The notes under the pieces are model-generated. The model saw nothing but the letters and a program-made list of their open reading frames with translations, searched no databases and was not told the DNA's origin. This document shows, piece after piece, positions 37,258-45,662 of a DNA stretch of 64,000 nucleotides. Position 1 is the first letter of the stretch, and each line of letters begins with the position of its first letter. The translations under genes and the position numbers were made by a program. The stretch spans positions 1 to 64,000 of the IMG/VR virus record IMGVR_UViG_3300017991_000048, one strand, 5' to 3'.

Positions 37258-38118
37258 ATGAGTAACTACGACAGCCCTGTATGGACCACACATGAGGATA
37301 ACAAGCTTACCATCCTTCGTGAAAAAGGTCTTACATTTGAACAAATCGCCAAACGTATGAAAGGTCGGTCCTCTGCCGGGTGTAATACTCGTTATGGAAG
37401 ACTAAAAAGGGCAAAGACAAAACCAAGCGCGAGGGCAAAAAAAGGAAAAGGTGCTCGACCGAAACCATGGACTCCCGCAGAAGACCAACTAATTACTGAA
37501 CTACGTGAGAAGGGCTGGTCTTTCCCGAAAATTTCCATAGAACATAATAAACGGTTCCCAAAAATCCCTCGTTCTACTCCTGGCTGTTGGGCGCGATATG
37601 AAAAGTTGAAAAGAAAGAAAGCAGTGACTAATTCTGCTGCTGTGCTCGATGGGCTGGCTACAAAGGAGGAGCAGCCACAAGTTCAGCCACAAGAGCGGGG
37701 CGGGTTATCTTTTCCGGGGCTAATAGCTAAGGTAATGGGAACAAAAGCCATGGACAATACAGAGATTGTGAAGGCTTTAAAAGCGAGTGGTGAGACACTA
37801 CCTTTAAGTAATAATTTGCCTGGTTATGTCTGTTCGGTCCTCAGCGGTCAAAGAAATCCTGACGGGAGCCGAAAGTTTAAGGCCGTTTCAAGAGGTGTGT
37901 ATCAAGTCGCCCCAAACACTGTCTTTAACAGTGTTCCTCCAAAGCCCAGGCCCAAAAAGAAAAAGGACCACCCTCATGTTCCAAAAAACGGAGCTTGGAA
38001 CATGAGTATAGATTCCGAGACAGGCTCTTTGAAGGTAGTGTTAGATGGCGATTTTTGTACCCAAGAAATTCAGAATAAAATCAAGAAGCTTCTTGGGAGT
38101 ATTGTAGCTGGTCAGTAA
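37258..38118 (+). CDS. Tandem Myb/SANT-like plus winged-helix DNA-binding protein
   Basis: WTTHEDNKL...F.QIA..M.GRS...C..RY and WTPAEDQLI...PRS...CWARY; C-terminal FKAVSRGVY wing. Confidence 0.7.
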   Translation: MSNYDSPVWTTHEDNKLTILREKGLTFEQIAKRMKGRSSAGCNTRYGRLKRAKTKPSARAKKGKGARPKPWTPAEDQLITELREKGWSFPKISIEHNKRFPKIPRSTPGCWARYEKLKRKKAVTNSAAVLDGLATKEEQPQVQPQERGGLSFPGLIAKVMGTKAMDNTEIVKALKASGETLPLSNNLPGYVCSVLSGQRNPDGSRKFKAVSRGVYQVAPNTVFNSVPPKPRPKKKKDHPHVPKNGAWNMSIDSETGSLKVVLDGDFCTQEIQNKIKKLLGSIVAGQ

Positions 38119-39308
38119 TGGCACACATATCTCGAATACGGCGGCAGAAAGAATTAACAGCCCACAAGGAGTTATTCCCCTACTTGCCAATAGAGGATCA
38201 AAGATTGCTCCGCTTTTATCTTCAAGAAAAGTGTAGCCAAGCGAGCCTCGCGGCAAAATTTAATACGCCGCAGTCAACAATACATTACCGTTTAACCAGG
38301 ATAGCCAAGCGCTTAGAGTTTCTGAAGTACTTTCCTATACTTTCCAAAACAGAACTCGAAAAACTATTTCACTCAATCGGAGTAGACTCTAAGACCGTAC
38401 AGATGATGGCGGCGTTGTACTTAACCACAAGTCAAGCCAGTGCTGCTAAAGAAGTTGGCTGCGGCCTAAGTGTAATTGCTTACAACCAACGAAAAACAAT
38501 TGCTTTGCTTCATAAATTAGTGGCAGCGGGAGCGTGGGACTACGAGCCCCTTTTGCGTGGTATGCTCATGATCAAAGACAATTACAAACTTCTGTGTAAG
38601 CCACAAAGAGAGGCCATTCGCAATGTATGGGCGGATAAAACATTAGACCAGATGAAAGACATTATTCTTGAGCACTTTTATGGTACAGGAAATTGGCCTA
38701 GCTCAAAAACCTCTCTAAAATTCAGATCCTTGGCTGAAACGCTTCGTAAATACAGAGGGACTTCATTGTCAAAACTCGTGGAGGAACTTGGTGGCCCTAA
38801 GGCAAGACCAACTATTTTATATGTTGGTCTTTCGCCCGAAAAGCGGAAACTGATTAAATTCTTGCCTAAAACAGAGCAAGATATGATTCGGGCTTATTAT
38901 ATCAAAGGTTTGAAGCAGGAACAGATCAGCCTGAAACATGATATGACACAGGCAGCGGTATCATATCGCTTAAAAACAGCCCATAAACGATTGGAGTTTT
39001 TGCTAAAATTTCCTATTCTGGAAAGGGATGAAATCACGAGAGTCTTGGAGTCAGCCGATTTCTTACCGGAATCTATACAGATATTGATAGCTTTATATGA
39101 GACTACTAGCCAAAGTGCTACTGCTAAGAGACTGGGGGTTTCACAAGGAAAGGTCAGGTGGCATCTCCATAATGCAATAAAGACGCTTGAGCCTCTTGTC
39201 GCTTCCGGTCGGGAAGACCTTAAAGATGTTCTGTTGGGGCTGACAATGGTTCGGGATTGGAGTGGGGCACTTCACTCTTACCCTCATTCAAAATTTAGCC
39301 GGGGCTAA
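38118..39308 (+). CDS. Internally duplicated multi-HTH (sigma70 region-4-like) regulator
   Basis: Two copies of [LP..(D/E)Q.....Y......Q......Q..(I/V).YRL....KRLEFL..FP + second HTH TSQ...AK..G]. Confidence 0.7.
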   Translation: MAHISRIRRQKELTAHKELFPYLPIEDQRLLRFYLQEKCSQASLAAKFNTPQSTIHYRLTRIAKRLEFLKYFPILSKTELEKLFHSIGVDSKTVQMMAALYLTTSQASAAKEVGCGLSVIAYNQRKTIALLHKLVAAGAWDYEPLLRGMLMIKDNYKLLCKPQREAIRNVWADKTLDQMKDIILEHFYGTGNWPSSKTSLKFRSLAETLRKYRGTSLSKLVEELGGPKARPTILYVGLSPEKRKLIKFLPKTEQDMIRAYYIKGLKQEQISLKHDMTQAAVSYRLKTAHKRLEFLLKFPILERDEITRVLESADFLPESIQILIALYETTSQSATAKRLGVSQGKVRWHLHNAIKTLEPLVASGREDLKDVLLGLTMVRDWSGALHSYPHSKFSRG

Positions 39309-39361
39309 AAAATTCCAGATTTGCAAATAAGGGGTGGGTTTATAATTTAGACCCCCATACC

Positions 39362-39871
39362 TTGATTTTATCAACTTTTATTGCTATTTCATCAAGGTTT
39401 CAAACTTTCATCGATCGGTGTCCACGCGCATGATGGACGAGCCAATTCCGTGCCAATGGCATCATAAAAAAGATAAGCAAGCGGTTCTGTGTTTTTCCCC
39501 AATTTGATCAAGTTCCAGACCCCCCTCCCCCGGTAGGTGATCGACAACACACTGAGTCCGAGTTCGTGCCTACGGCACTCACTTGTGGACAGAGTTCTGT
39601 TTACCTTTTTTATTTTTCCTATTGAGATAATACTTGATATAATCAAGTTATCTTTTATATGATCAAGTTCACGGGCGTTACAGCACTTGATATAATCAAG
39701 TTTGCGTTATGCTATATTATCAAGTTCTAATCATGGCTAGTTCGCTGACGGTCGCTGACACGCAGGCACCCCCTCCCCCTTACCCCCTCCCCTGCCTATG
39801 AGCGTGTGTACCCATGGGGGTTGATTTAATCAACTTTGTCTTTTCCGGTGTATGGACCTTGATATAATCAA
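39362..39871. promoter_or_regulatory. Cluster of TTGAT-N3-ATCAA palindromic operators
   Basis: Perfect copies at 39362, 39634, 39687, 39821, 39859 plus half sites. Confidence 0.75.
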
Positions 39872-39894
39872 CTCTCACCCCCTATGGAGGACAG

Positions 39895-40761
39895 ATGTCT
39901 GAGGATACCATACAGAAGAGGCTGGCACAGTATAAGAAGCTGACGGCTGATATAGTCAAGCTCGAAGAGACTATAGTCAAATGCAAACAACTCAAGAGCG
40001 ATGTGGCCAAGGGGTTGCTGGACGAGAACGGCAAGGACAAGCTCTATGACCTGGGAGACGGCATACCCCTCTTCGTCTCAGGCACCAAAGCAGGCACTTG
40101 GTTTTTGGCCCCGCGTAAACGTACCATAGGTAGGAAAAAGAAGAAAAAGGCCGATTCCAAGCCCAAGGAAAAAGGGCCTTCTGAGCCCAAGGCCAAGAAA
40201 GGCAAGACGAAAAAGGTGATCCAGAACGGGCAGGTAGTAGAAGTCCCTGCTGAGAGCCCTGCCAAAAAGGGCCGCGTTATAGAGGCATCTGCGACCCTTA
40301 CCGGAACAGGCGCTATTTCGGCCCCTGAGCCAGACCCTGTTGAGCCGCCTCCCAGTCGGGATCTTCAGGCGGAGCCAGAACCAGTCGAGCCTGTTGAACC
40401 AGAACCTGTTGAACCAGTCGAGCCTGTAGAGGCCGATTCTGCCCCTGTTGAACCAGATCCGGAGCCAGACCCTGTTGAACCTGTTGCCCCAGTGGAACCA
40501 GACCCTGTTGAACCAGAGCCTGCCAAAAAGCCGGTCAAAATTACCCAAGAAATGGTTGATGAAATGAAGGCCCGTGCAGATCAGGGCATAGTGGACGCTG
40601 ATGCCGAAGCCGAAGCTCTCGAAAAGGCCCTACAAGAGGCTGACGAAAGCCCCGATCCAGAGCCCGTTTCTGACGCTACGGAGCAACAGGGCGCTTCTGA
40701 GAGCGATGAAGAGCTTGATCCTCTGGAACAGGCGCTTGCTGAATTGGAGCTTGATTCTTGA
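39895..40761 (+). CDS. Protein with Lys-rich and PEPVE-repeat regions
   Basis: RBS GGAGG; N-terminal coiled coil, VEP(E/D)P repeats, acidic helical C-tail. Confidence 0.8.
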   Translation: MSEDTIQKRLAQYKKLTADIVKLEETIVKCKQLKSDVAKGLLDENGKDKLYDLGDGIPLFVSGTKAGTWFLAPRKRTIGRKKKKKADSKPKEKGPSEPKAKKGKTKKVIQNGQVVEVPAESPAKKGRVIEASATLTGTGAISAPEPDPVEPPPSRDLQAEPEPVEPVEPEPVEPVEPVEADSAPVEPDPEPDPVEPVAPVEPDPVEPEPAKKPVKITQEMVDEMKARADQGIVDADAEAEALEKALQEADESPDPEPVSDATEQQGASESDEELDPLEQALAELELDS

Positions 40762-40831
40762 CTTCCGAATTCGGGCGGCGTAGACTTGGGATCAAGTAGA
40801 GGGTAGTTGGACTTTTCAGAAGAAGCGATTT

Positions 40832-40874
40832 AAAACCCCCTGGCCGCATAGGAAAGGCCAGGGGGTTTTTCTTT
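40832..40874. terminator. Bidirectional intrinsic terminator
   Basis: AAAACCCCCTGGCC / GGCCAGGGGGTTTT perfect 14-bp stem with A- and T-tracts. Confidence 0.85.
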
Positions 40875-41088
40875 GTGGCTGATTGGCTCAAATGGGGTGC
40901 CCCGGCTTCCACGGGGGTCTCCCGGTTCTATCCGGGTGCTTTCCGGGGTGGTGCTGCCAGCGGCCTACTGGCACCTTCTCAGACCGGACGACGCCTTCCA
41001 ATCCGAGCTTTTCCAGCCCGTTCCGTTTCGCTTACGGAGTTAAGCTACATCCCTTTCAACCAACCAACCAACCTTGTCAAAGAACAGT
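40870..41088 (-). ncRNA. Candidate structured non-coding RNA
   Basis: Between a leftward class I promoter and a bidirectional terminator; no RBS-ORF; five hairpins in 40893-41053. Confidence 0.55.
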
Positions 41089-41094
41089 CTAACT

Positions 41095-41123
41095 GTATTA
41101 CAGTTCAGCTTCGCAAAACTCTA
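41095..41123 (-). promoter_or_regulatory. Phage promoter class I, leftward
   Basis: TAGAGT-N17-TAATAC. Confidence 0.7.
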
Positions 41124-41142
41124 GAATTTCGAGTCGATTTAA

Positions 41143-41171
41143 TAGAGTTTCGGGGCGCTGGTTTGTAATAT
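41143..41171 (+). promoter_or_regulatory. Phage promoter class I
   Basis: TAGAGT-N17-TAATAT then RBS AGGAGGG. Confidence 0.78.
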
Positions 41172-41189
41172 CAATAGGAGGGAAGAGAC

Positions 41190-41546
41190 ATGAGACACGA
41201 AGGTTCAAGCTGGCTGCAAGACCACGAGACACTGAAGGACGAATATGTGCCCTTCGATCTGATAGACGAGAAGGGGCGTACCGTAGGTGTCCAGATAAGT
41301 ATCGACCGGCACGAGTATGTACCTCACACTGACGAGACCAGGGCTAAGGGTTCGTGGGGCGTAAACCCCGGTGTCTACTACATTGCCAGGGTTCAGCCGA
41401 CCAGAAACACCAAGCGGTTCGGCACACGGAGCGAGAAATGGCTCTCAACCTACGAGCAAGCCGAAGAGCAGGTAAGAAAAGCTACAGCCGCGAGTCGGAA
41501 ACGGTACACAAAGAAGTACGGTGTCCCATGGAACTTCAAGCTCTAA
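41190..41546 (+). CDS. Hypothetical protein
   Basis: Own promoter and RBS. Confidence 0.75.
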   Translation: MRHEGSSWLQDHETLKDEYVPFDLIDEKGRTVGVQISIDRHEYVPHTDETRAKGSWGVNPGVYYIARVQPTRNTKRFGTRSEKWLSTYEQAEEQVRKATAASRKRYTKKYGVPWNFKL

Positions 41547-41558
41547 CCGGAGTTTTAA

Positions 41559-41587
41559 TAGAGTTTCGGGGCGCTGATTTGTAATAT
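41559..41587 (+). promoter_or_regulatory. Phage promoter class I
   Basis: Near-identical (one mismatch) to 41143 copy. Confidence 0.78.
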
Positions 41588-41601
41588 CTACAGAGGGAGC
41601 C

Positions 41602-42027
41602 ATGTCAAAACACGAAACACACACTGTAACCGAGTCCGGAACCTACCTCGTTATGGTAGCCGATATGGGTTACGTCTACTCAGCCGCCCGGATGGGCGAT
41701 ACCATCACCGAAAATGGCGGTCTTCGCCTTAAGTGTGAGGTGGCCGAAAGACTGGGACGTGCGGTTGCATGTCGGTCGGGTAAGCGCCTTGTACGGGTTT
41801 TTCACGATAGCTCAGCCGGTGGTGTCTTCGCAGAACTGGCCGATGAAGACCGTGAGCATCCCTCAAGAAGGCATGAGGGTCAGACCATAACAATAGAGCA
41901 CTGCCGTACCGGAGCCCGGTTGACCGGTGTCTACAAACACAAGGCACGGCGTCACAGCTTCGATTTTGAGCACGGTTCTTTTGACTGCGACCAGATCACA
42001 AGGTCGGAATGGTACGTTTGTGAGTAA
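41602..42027 (+). CDS. Hypothetical protein
   Basis: Own promoter and RBS GAGGGAG. Confidence 0.75.
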   Translation: MSKHETHTVTESGTYLVMVADMGYVYSAARMGDTITENGGLRLKCEVAERLGRAVACRSGKRLVRVFHDSSAGGVFAELADEDREHPSRRHEGQTITIEHCRTGARLTGVYKHKARRHSFDFEHGSFDCDQITRSEWYVCE

Positions 42028-42037
42028 GGAGCATCCA

Positions 42038-42298
42038 ATGAGAGACGTTGATAACTGTAAACAGTGTGGAGGTATCCGGATTATGCGAATCTCCGCCAAG
42101 TGTTCGGACCGATTCTATGCCTGCATGGGTCAAACGCCAGATGAGGTCGAGTACCAGGGCTACGTTTTGAGTGGCGCTGGCATTGGCGGCGGTGATTACG
42201 TCGAATTTGACTACTGTCTTGACTGTGGTCAAATCCAGGGCGACCAGTTCCCGATTGCGGATTCCTTTTCCACGTTGGTTGTGCGTCAATCCGAGTAA
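42038..42298 (+). CDS. Zn-ribbon small protein
   Basis: RBS AAGGAG; CKQCG...GGGDYVEF.YCLDCGQIQG. Confidence 0.75.
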   Translation: MRDVDNCKQCGGIRIMRISAKCSDRFYACMGQTPDEVEYQGYVLSGAGIGGGDYVEFDYCLDCGQIQGDQFPIADSFSTLVVRQSE

Positions 42299-42303
42299 TA
42301 AAC

Positions 42304-42332
42304 TAGAGTTTTAGGCTCCTGAACTGTAATAT
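42304..42332 (+). promoter_or_regulatory. Phage promoter class I
   Basis: TAGAGT-N17-TAATAT then GGAGGGAG. Confidence 0.78.
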
Positions 42333-42348
42333 AATTGGAGGGAGCGAC

Positions 42349-42678
42349 ATGATCATCGAAAGCGTAATAGAACTGGACAGTGACCACCCGGCTGAGTACA
42401 TCCAGGGGCACATGTACGATATTATGGTCGTAATAGAGTGCTATCCCGGCGAGACACACTTCAACAGCGTCTACTGGGAAGATGACCACGGCAACCGGGT
42501 CGAGCTTGAAGAAGAGGATCTACCTGAGTGGGCAGTCGAAAAGGCCATGGAAGATGCTTACGAGACTGCTTGTAACATCGAGTCTTCCAGGATCGAAGAT
42601 GCCTACTGGTCTAAGGTCAACAGTCAAATCGACGAAGCGCGGGGGAACTGGCTAACACTGAGCGTGACGACGGCATGA
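42349..42678 (+). CDS. Acidic hypothetical protein
   Basis: Own promoter and RBS; very Glu/Asp rich. Confidence 0.75.
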   Translation: MIIESVIELDSDHPAEYIQGHMYDIMVVIECYPGETHFNSVYWEDDHGNRVELEEEDLPEWAVEKAMEDAYETACNIESSRIEDAYWSKVNSQIDEARGNWLTLSVTTA

Positions 42679-42773
42679 CCGATGCTGAGCACGGTGTTGA
42701 TCCACCCATGCTGTAGAACTTGACAACGGCTTGGCCATGTTCTAACTTCCGAGTAGTTCCAAACTGATGGACT

Positions 42774-42810
42774 AAAACCCCTGGAAAGCACCTGTTCCAG
42801 GGGTTTTCTT
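42774..42810. terminator. Bidirectional intrinsic terminator
   Basis: AAAACCCCTGGAA / TTCCAGGGGTTTT 13-bp stem between converging genes. Confidence 0.85.
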
Positions 42811-42815
42811 TTGGC

Positions 42816-42992
42816 CTAAAAATCAGGTTCGGGCTCGATAGGCTCACAAACATCGTTTTGAGTGTAGCCTGTAAGGATCTCCGGGCGATAACGCTTGAGC
42901 TTCGCGTCCCGGCAGACCTCACAAACGATGCACAGTGGGATGCCCTGAGCATCGTATTCCCACCACCCGTCTACGCATGTGTGGTTGTCCAT
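42816..42992 (-). CDS. 58-aa Cys-rich protein (absent from ORF track)
   Basis: MDNHTCVDGWWEYDAQGIPLCIVCEVCRDAKLKRYRPEILTGY...; directly behind class I promoter 42997. Confidence 0.75.
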   Translation of the reverse strand: MDNHTCVDGWWEYDAQGIPLCIVCEVCRDAKLKRYRPEILTGYTQNDVCEPIEPEPDF

Positions 42993-42996
42993 ACTG

Positions 42997-43025
42997 ATAT
43001 TACACTTCAGCGTCGGAAAACTCTA
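42997..43025 (-). promoter_or_regulatory. Phage promoter class I
   Basis: TAGAGT-N17-TAATAT. Confidence 0.75.
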
Positions 43026-43121
43026 ATCTTAAAAGGACAAAGGCCCCGTGGGGAGCCTTTGTCAGAGACACAAACAAATGAAACGTTTTATTTTTTTATA
43101 TATATGGCCCTCCTTCTATTA

Positions 43122-43150
43122 ATATTACACTTGAGCGCCACGAAACTCTA
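43122..43150 (-). promoter_or_regulatory. Phage promoter class I
   Basis: TAGAGT-N17-TAATAT followed by RBS AAGGAGGG but no intact ATG. Confidence 0.7.
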
Positions 43151-43272
43151 GTCTTTATCGCCAATTAATCGCTCTAATTTGTCGAGCCCCGGTCCTAAGA
43201 AGATGTAAAAACCGAGCCCTATCCCTACAACAGTTAGGAACACAAAAAGCCCCAGTGCGAACGCCTCAAGTG

Positions 43273-43542
43273 TCAAAAGTCCTCTTTTCTTCTGACTTCT
43301 AACCGGACGGTCAAGGTGGCATCCCGGTCGGAATGCCCTAAAAGCTTGATCTTGATATCAGGTACGGAAATGACGACCGGATCGGCCAGACTTTCGAAGT
43401 CCGCCTCTTCCAACTTCTGTTTCATCTGGTCGATGGATGAGTTGAGTACTTTGATGAGCTTACTGGTGTGCTCTACATCCTGAATAAAGTCGCTTGAGAG
43501 TTCGATTTTCATAGATTTGGCTCCCGTGATTTCAATTTTCAT
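43273..43542 (-). CDS. Hypothetical protein
   Basis: RBS AAGGAG; duplicated MKIE start. Confidence 0.65.
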   Translation of the reverse strand: MKIEITGAKSMKIELSSDFIQDVEHTSKLIKVLNSSIDQMKQKLEEADFESLADPVVISVPDIKIKLLGHSDRDATLTVRLEVRRKEDF

Positions 43543-43559
43543 AGATTTGGCTCCTTATT

Positions 43560-43802
43560 TTACCCAAACGCCTTCATAATGATGTCTGGTAAGCAGCACA
43601 AAAGGACGCTCCCAAAAAGTAAGAGGCAGACGAACCAGATCTGCCCCGCCACTTGAAAGATCCGTTTCCAATAGGGCCGGTCTTTGAACACTGGGAAGTT
43701 GAATGACACGAGATGTCCGATGCTGGTTACAACAAACGTGCCAGCCAGGAACATCGGGTAGGTTACCGCAACAAACAGTATAAACATGAGCACATTTGTC
43801 AT
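43560..43802 (-). CDS. Small two-TM membrane protein
   Basis: Two hydrophobic segments; start MTNVLMF. Confidence 0.6.
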   Translation of the reverse strand: MTNVLMFILFVAVTYPMFLAGTFVVTSIGHLVSFNFPVFKDRPYWKRIFQVAGQIWFVCLLLFGSVLLCCLPDIIMKAFG

Positions 43803-43803
43803 A

Positions 43804-44331
43804 TCAAAACCTATATTTGAACTGACTTGATACCTTATTGGTCCGATGTGGACCCCACATGTTAGTGGCTTTGAGGTTTTTCCAGACCATACCCTCCAAG
43901 AATTCATCGTCTTTTTGAGACATGATCACTTCATATTCGGTTGCCGGTAACGATTTGACACACTCGATTACCAGACCGTTCTTTGAGAGAGACAGCCCTT
44001 TTAACTGCTGTATTCGAGGTCCGTATTCGGTCTTGAAGACCATTTCTCCGCCTATTAGGGCGTAATCCCAGACGTAGATCCGACCATCTCTGAGCAATTC
44101 TCCGTCCAGGAACCAGGGCTTTGGCAAGGGTAGCTCCGAAAGCCACTTCCATTCATCCAAATACCATTCTCGCTTCTCACGGCTGTAGGTTCGGACCTCT
44201 CCATTACAATGAATTTCGATCCTTTTGCCGTTCCATTTGGGCTGTAATCTCCAGTGAGTTAGATTGCCCAACTTTTTGAGCAACCCTTCCGGGTCAAAGA
44301 TCTCAATCGGCTTGTTAGGGTAAAAGAACAC
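43804..44331 (-). CDS. Minimal ATP-dependent ligase-like adenylation domain (no OB domain)
   Basis: QPKWNG (motif I Lys), YSR, FLDGELL (III), YVWD (IIIa), EGMVWK (IV). Confidence 0.7.
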   Translation of the reverse strand: MFFYPNKPIEIFDPEGLLKKLGNLTHWRLQPKWNGKRIEIHCNGEVRTYSREKREWYLDEWKWLSELPLPKPWFLDGELLRDGRIYVWDYALIGGEMVFKTEYGPRIQQLKGLSLSKNGLVIECVKSLPATEYEVIMSQKDDEFLEGMVWKNLKATNMWGPHRTNKVSSQFKYRF

Positions 44332-44332
44332 T

Positions 44333-44536
44333 TCACACCCCTAGAAGTCTCTCCGCTTCCTTGATGGTAAGGCCGGTCGCACCCATGATGTAGAACAGCT
44401 TACAGAGCACGTCGGGAGTATGAGGTGTCAGAGCCGCCCTCATATCCATGTTTACAACCTGGACGCAGGACTTGACGACATCTTCCGTCGCCCGATCCCG
44501 GCTACTGGAGACGGCTTGCTTCAGTTCTTCTTCCAT
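44333..44536 (-). CDS. Small hypothetical protein
   Basis: In operon; start MEEELK. Confidence 0.55.
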   Translation of the reverse strand: MEEELKQAVSSSRDRATEDVVKSCVQVVNMDMRAALTPHTPDVLCKLFYIMGATGLTIKEAERLLGV

Positions 44537-44646
44537 TATAACCATTCTAACTCCCAAAATTTGGTAGCCCCAGTGACCACCCGGCATATGGCATCTCGCA
44601 GCGCATTACGAGGCAATCTCCGGTAGATATGGGGCTGGATTTCATG

Positions 44647-44940
44647 TTATTTTAACTCCAAAAGTAGAGCTTCATAGGCCCTCTGAACCTTAATGAACTC
44701 TTCGTGAGAGCCGCCCTGGTCCGGGTGCGCCTGGAAAGCCGCCTTTTTGAAGGCAGCTTTGAGTTCTTGAGCGGTAGGAGTCGAAGAGAGGCCCAAGATC
44801 CTCATGTTCTCACAGACGCTGGTGTCCTCAAGAGCAAGTTTGGCCAGTTTTTTGGCTTTTCGAGCCCAGTCGGACGCAGATCCGTAGCCCTCTTCGCTTG
44901 GATCGTAAGTTTTGTAGTCTTCAGGACGTGGGAAAGCCAT
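44647..44940 (-). CDS. J-domain (DnaJ-like) protein
   Basis: ILGL....ELKAAFKKAAFQAHPDQGGS.EEF..VQRAYE.L with HPD motif. Confidence 0.85.
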   Translation of the reverse strand: MAFPRPEDYKTYDPSEEGYGSASDWARKAKKLAKLALEDTSVCENMRILGLSSTPTAQELKAAFKKAAFQAHPDQGGSHEEFIKVQRAYEALLLELK

Positions 44941-44941
44941 T

Positions 44942-45127
44942 TTATTTGCCTGCTGAGTACGGGTACTTGCTTTTGAGTTCCTTGTTTTTTCGACGTTCCT
45001 TCTCCAAAGCGGCGATCAACCATGCAAACTTTTCTGCAACCTCTGGAACTGACCAGTTGAAGCTGCTTTCCAGCTTTTTGTGAAAGGCAGCCATTTCTGG
45101 GAGCCTATCTTTGTCAGAAGTCGCCAT
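44942..45127 (-). CDS. Small hypothetical protein
   Basis: Start MATSDKD with RBS GGAG. Confidence 0.55.
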   Translation of the reverse strand: MATSDKDRLPEMAAFHKKLESSFNWSVPEVAEKFAWLIAALEKERRKNKELKSKYPYSAGK

Positions 45128-45375
45128 TATTCTACTCCCAAAAAGTTTGCCAGAGGCTGCACCGGACAACCGTCGCACTCCTTTTCACATTCAGAACAGA
45201 TTAGCTCGATCCTGGTAAACATACCGATAAGCATCTCGGTCCCGGTGGCCAAGTCCCGGACGTTGCCGGTTGTGAGAGCTTGCCCCTGGTTATAAGCCAG
45301 TTCATCCTGGTCATTCTTATTGGCCAGAGCGATCCGGAACATTTTGAGGTCGCTTTTTGTGATTTTAAGGGACAT
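45127..45375 (-). CDS. Hypothetical protein
   Basis: CSECEKECDGC near C-terminus. Confidence 0.65.
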   Translation of the reverse strand: MSLKITKSDLKMFRIALANKNDQDELAYNQGQALTTGNVRDLATGTEMLIGMFTRIELICSECEKECDGCPVQPLANFLGVE

Positions 45376-45379
45376 GAAC

Positions 45380-45658
45380 CTATCGTCCGTTCCTGTTCAG
45401 GGCCTGTTCACCGGGGGAACCCAGTTGTTTCAGGGCTGGCAGCATGGCTTTGAGGTGTTTGCAGCGTCGGTGTCGAATCCAACCCATGCAAGAGCACTCC
45501 CACTGGCCATGAGTCGAGCCGTTGGTGGCCCTCTGAGCAACAATGTAGACCCGATTTGAGCTTTCGGAGCGGATCTCCATTCGATTTATGTGGGTACGGT
45601 TGTCGGGTAGAGTATCCGTTCCCATCTCCTCAGCGATTTTTGCGATTGTGGTAGTCAT
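45380..45658 (-). CDS. SWIM zinc-finger protein
   Basis: WECSCMGW..HRRCKH. Confidence 0.8.
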   Translation of the reverse strand: MTTTIAKIAEEMGTDTLPDNRTHINRMEIRSESSNRVYIVAQRATNGSTHGQWECSCMGWIRHRRCKHLKAMLPALKQLGSPGEQALNRNGR

Positions 45659-45662
45659 ATTG

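Noticed and set aside
40893-41053. Canonical tRNA, tmRNA, SRP RNA or hammerhead
   Set aside because: No TTC T-loop or anticodon arm, too short for tmRNA with no tag ORF, and lacks the SRP and CUGAnGA/GAAA cores. Kept only as an unknown ncRNA.
43005-43110. Small gene behind promoter 43122 and RBS AAGGAGGG
   Set aside because: A 34-codon open frame exists but there is no ATG/GTG start at the expected place. It may be an error or a relic, so it was not called.
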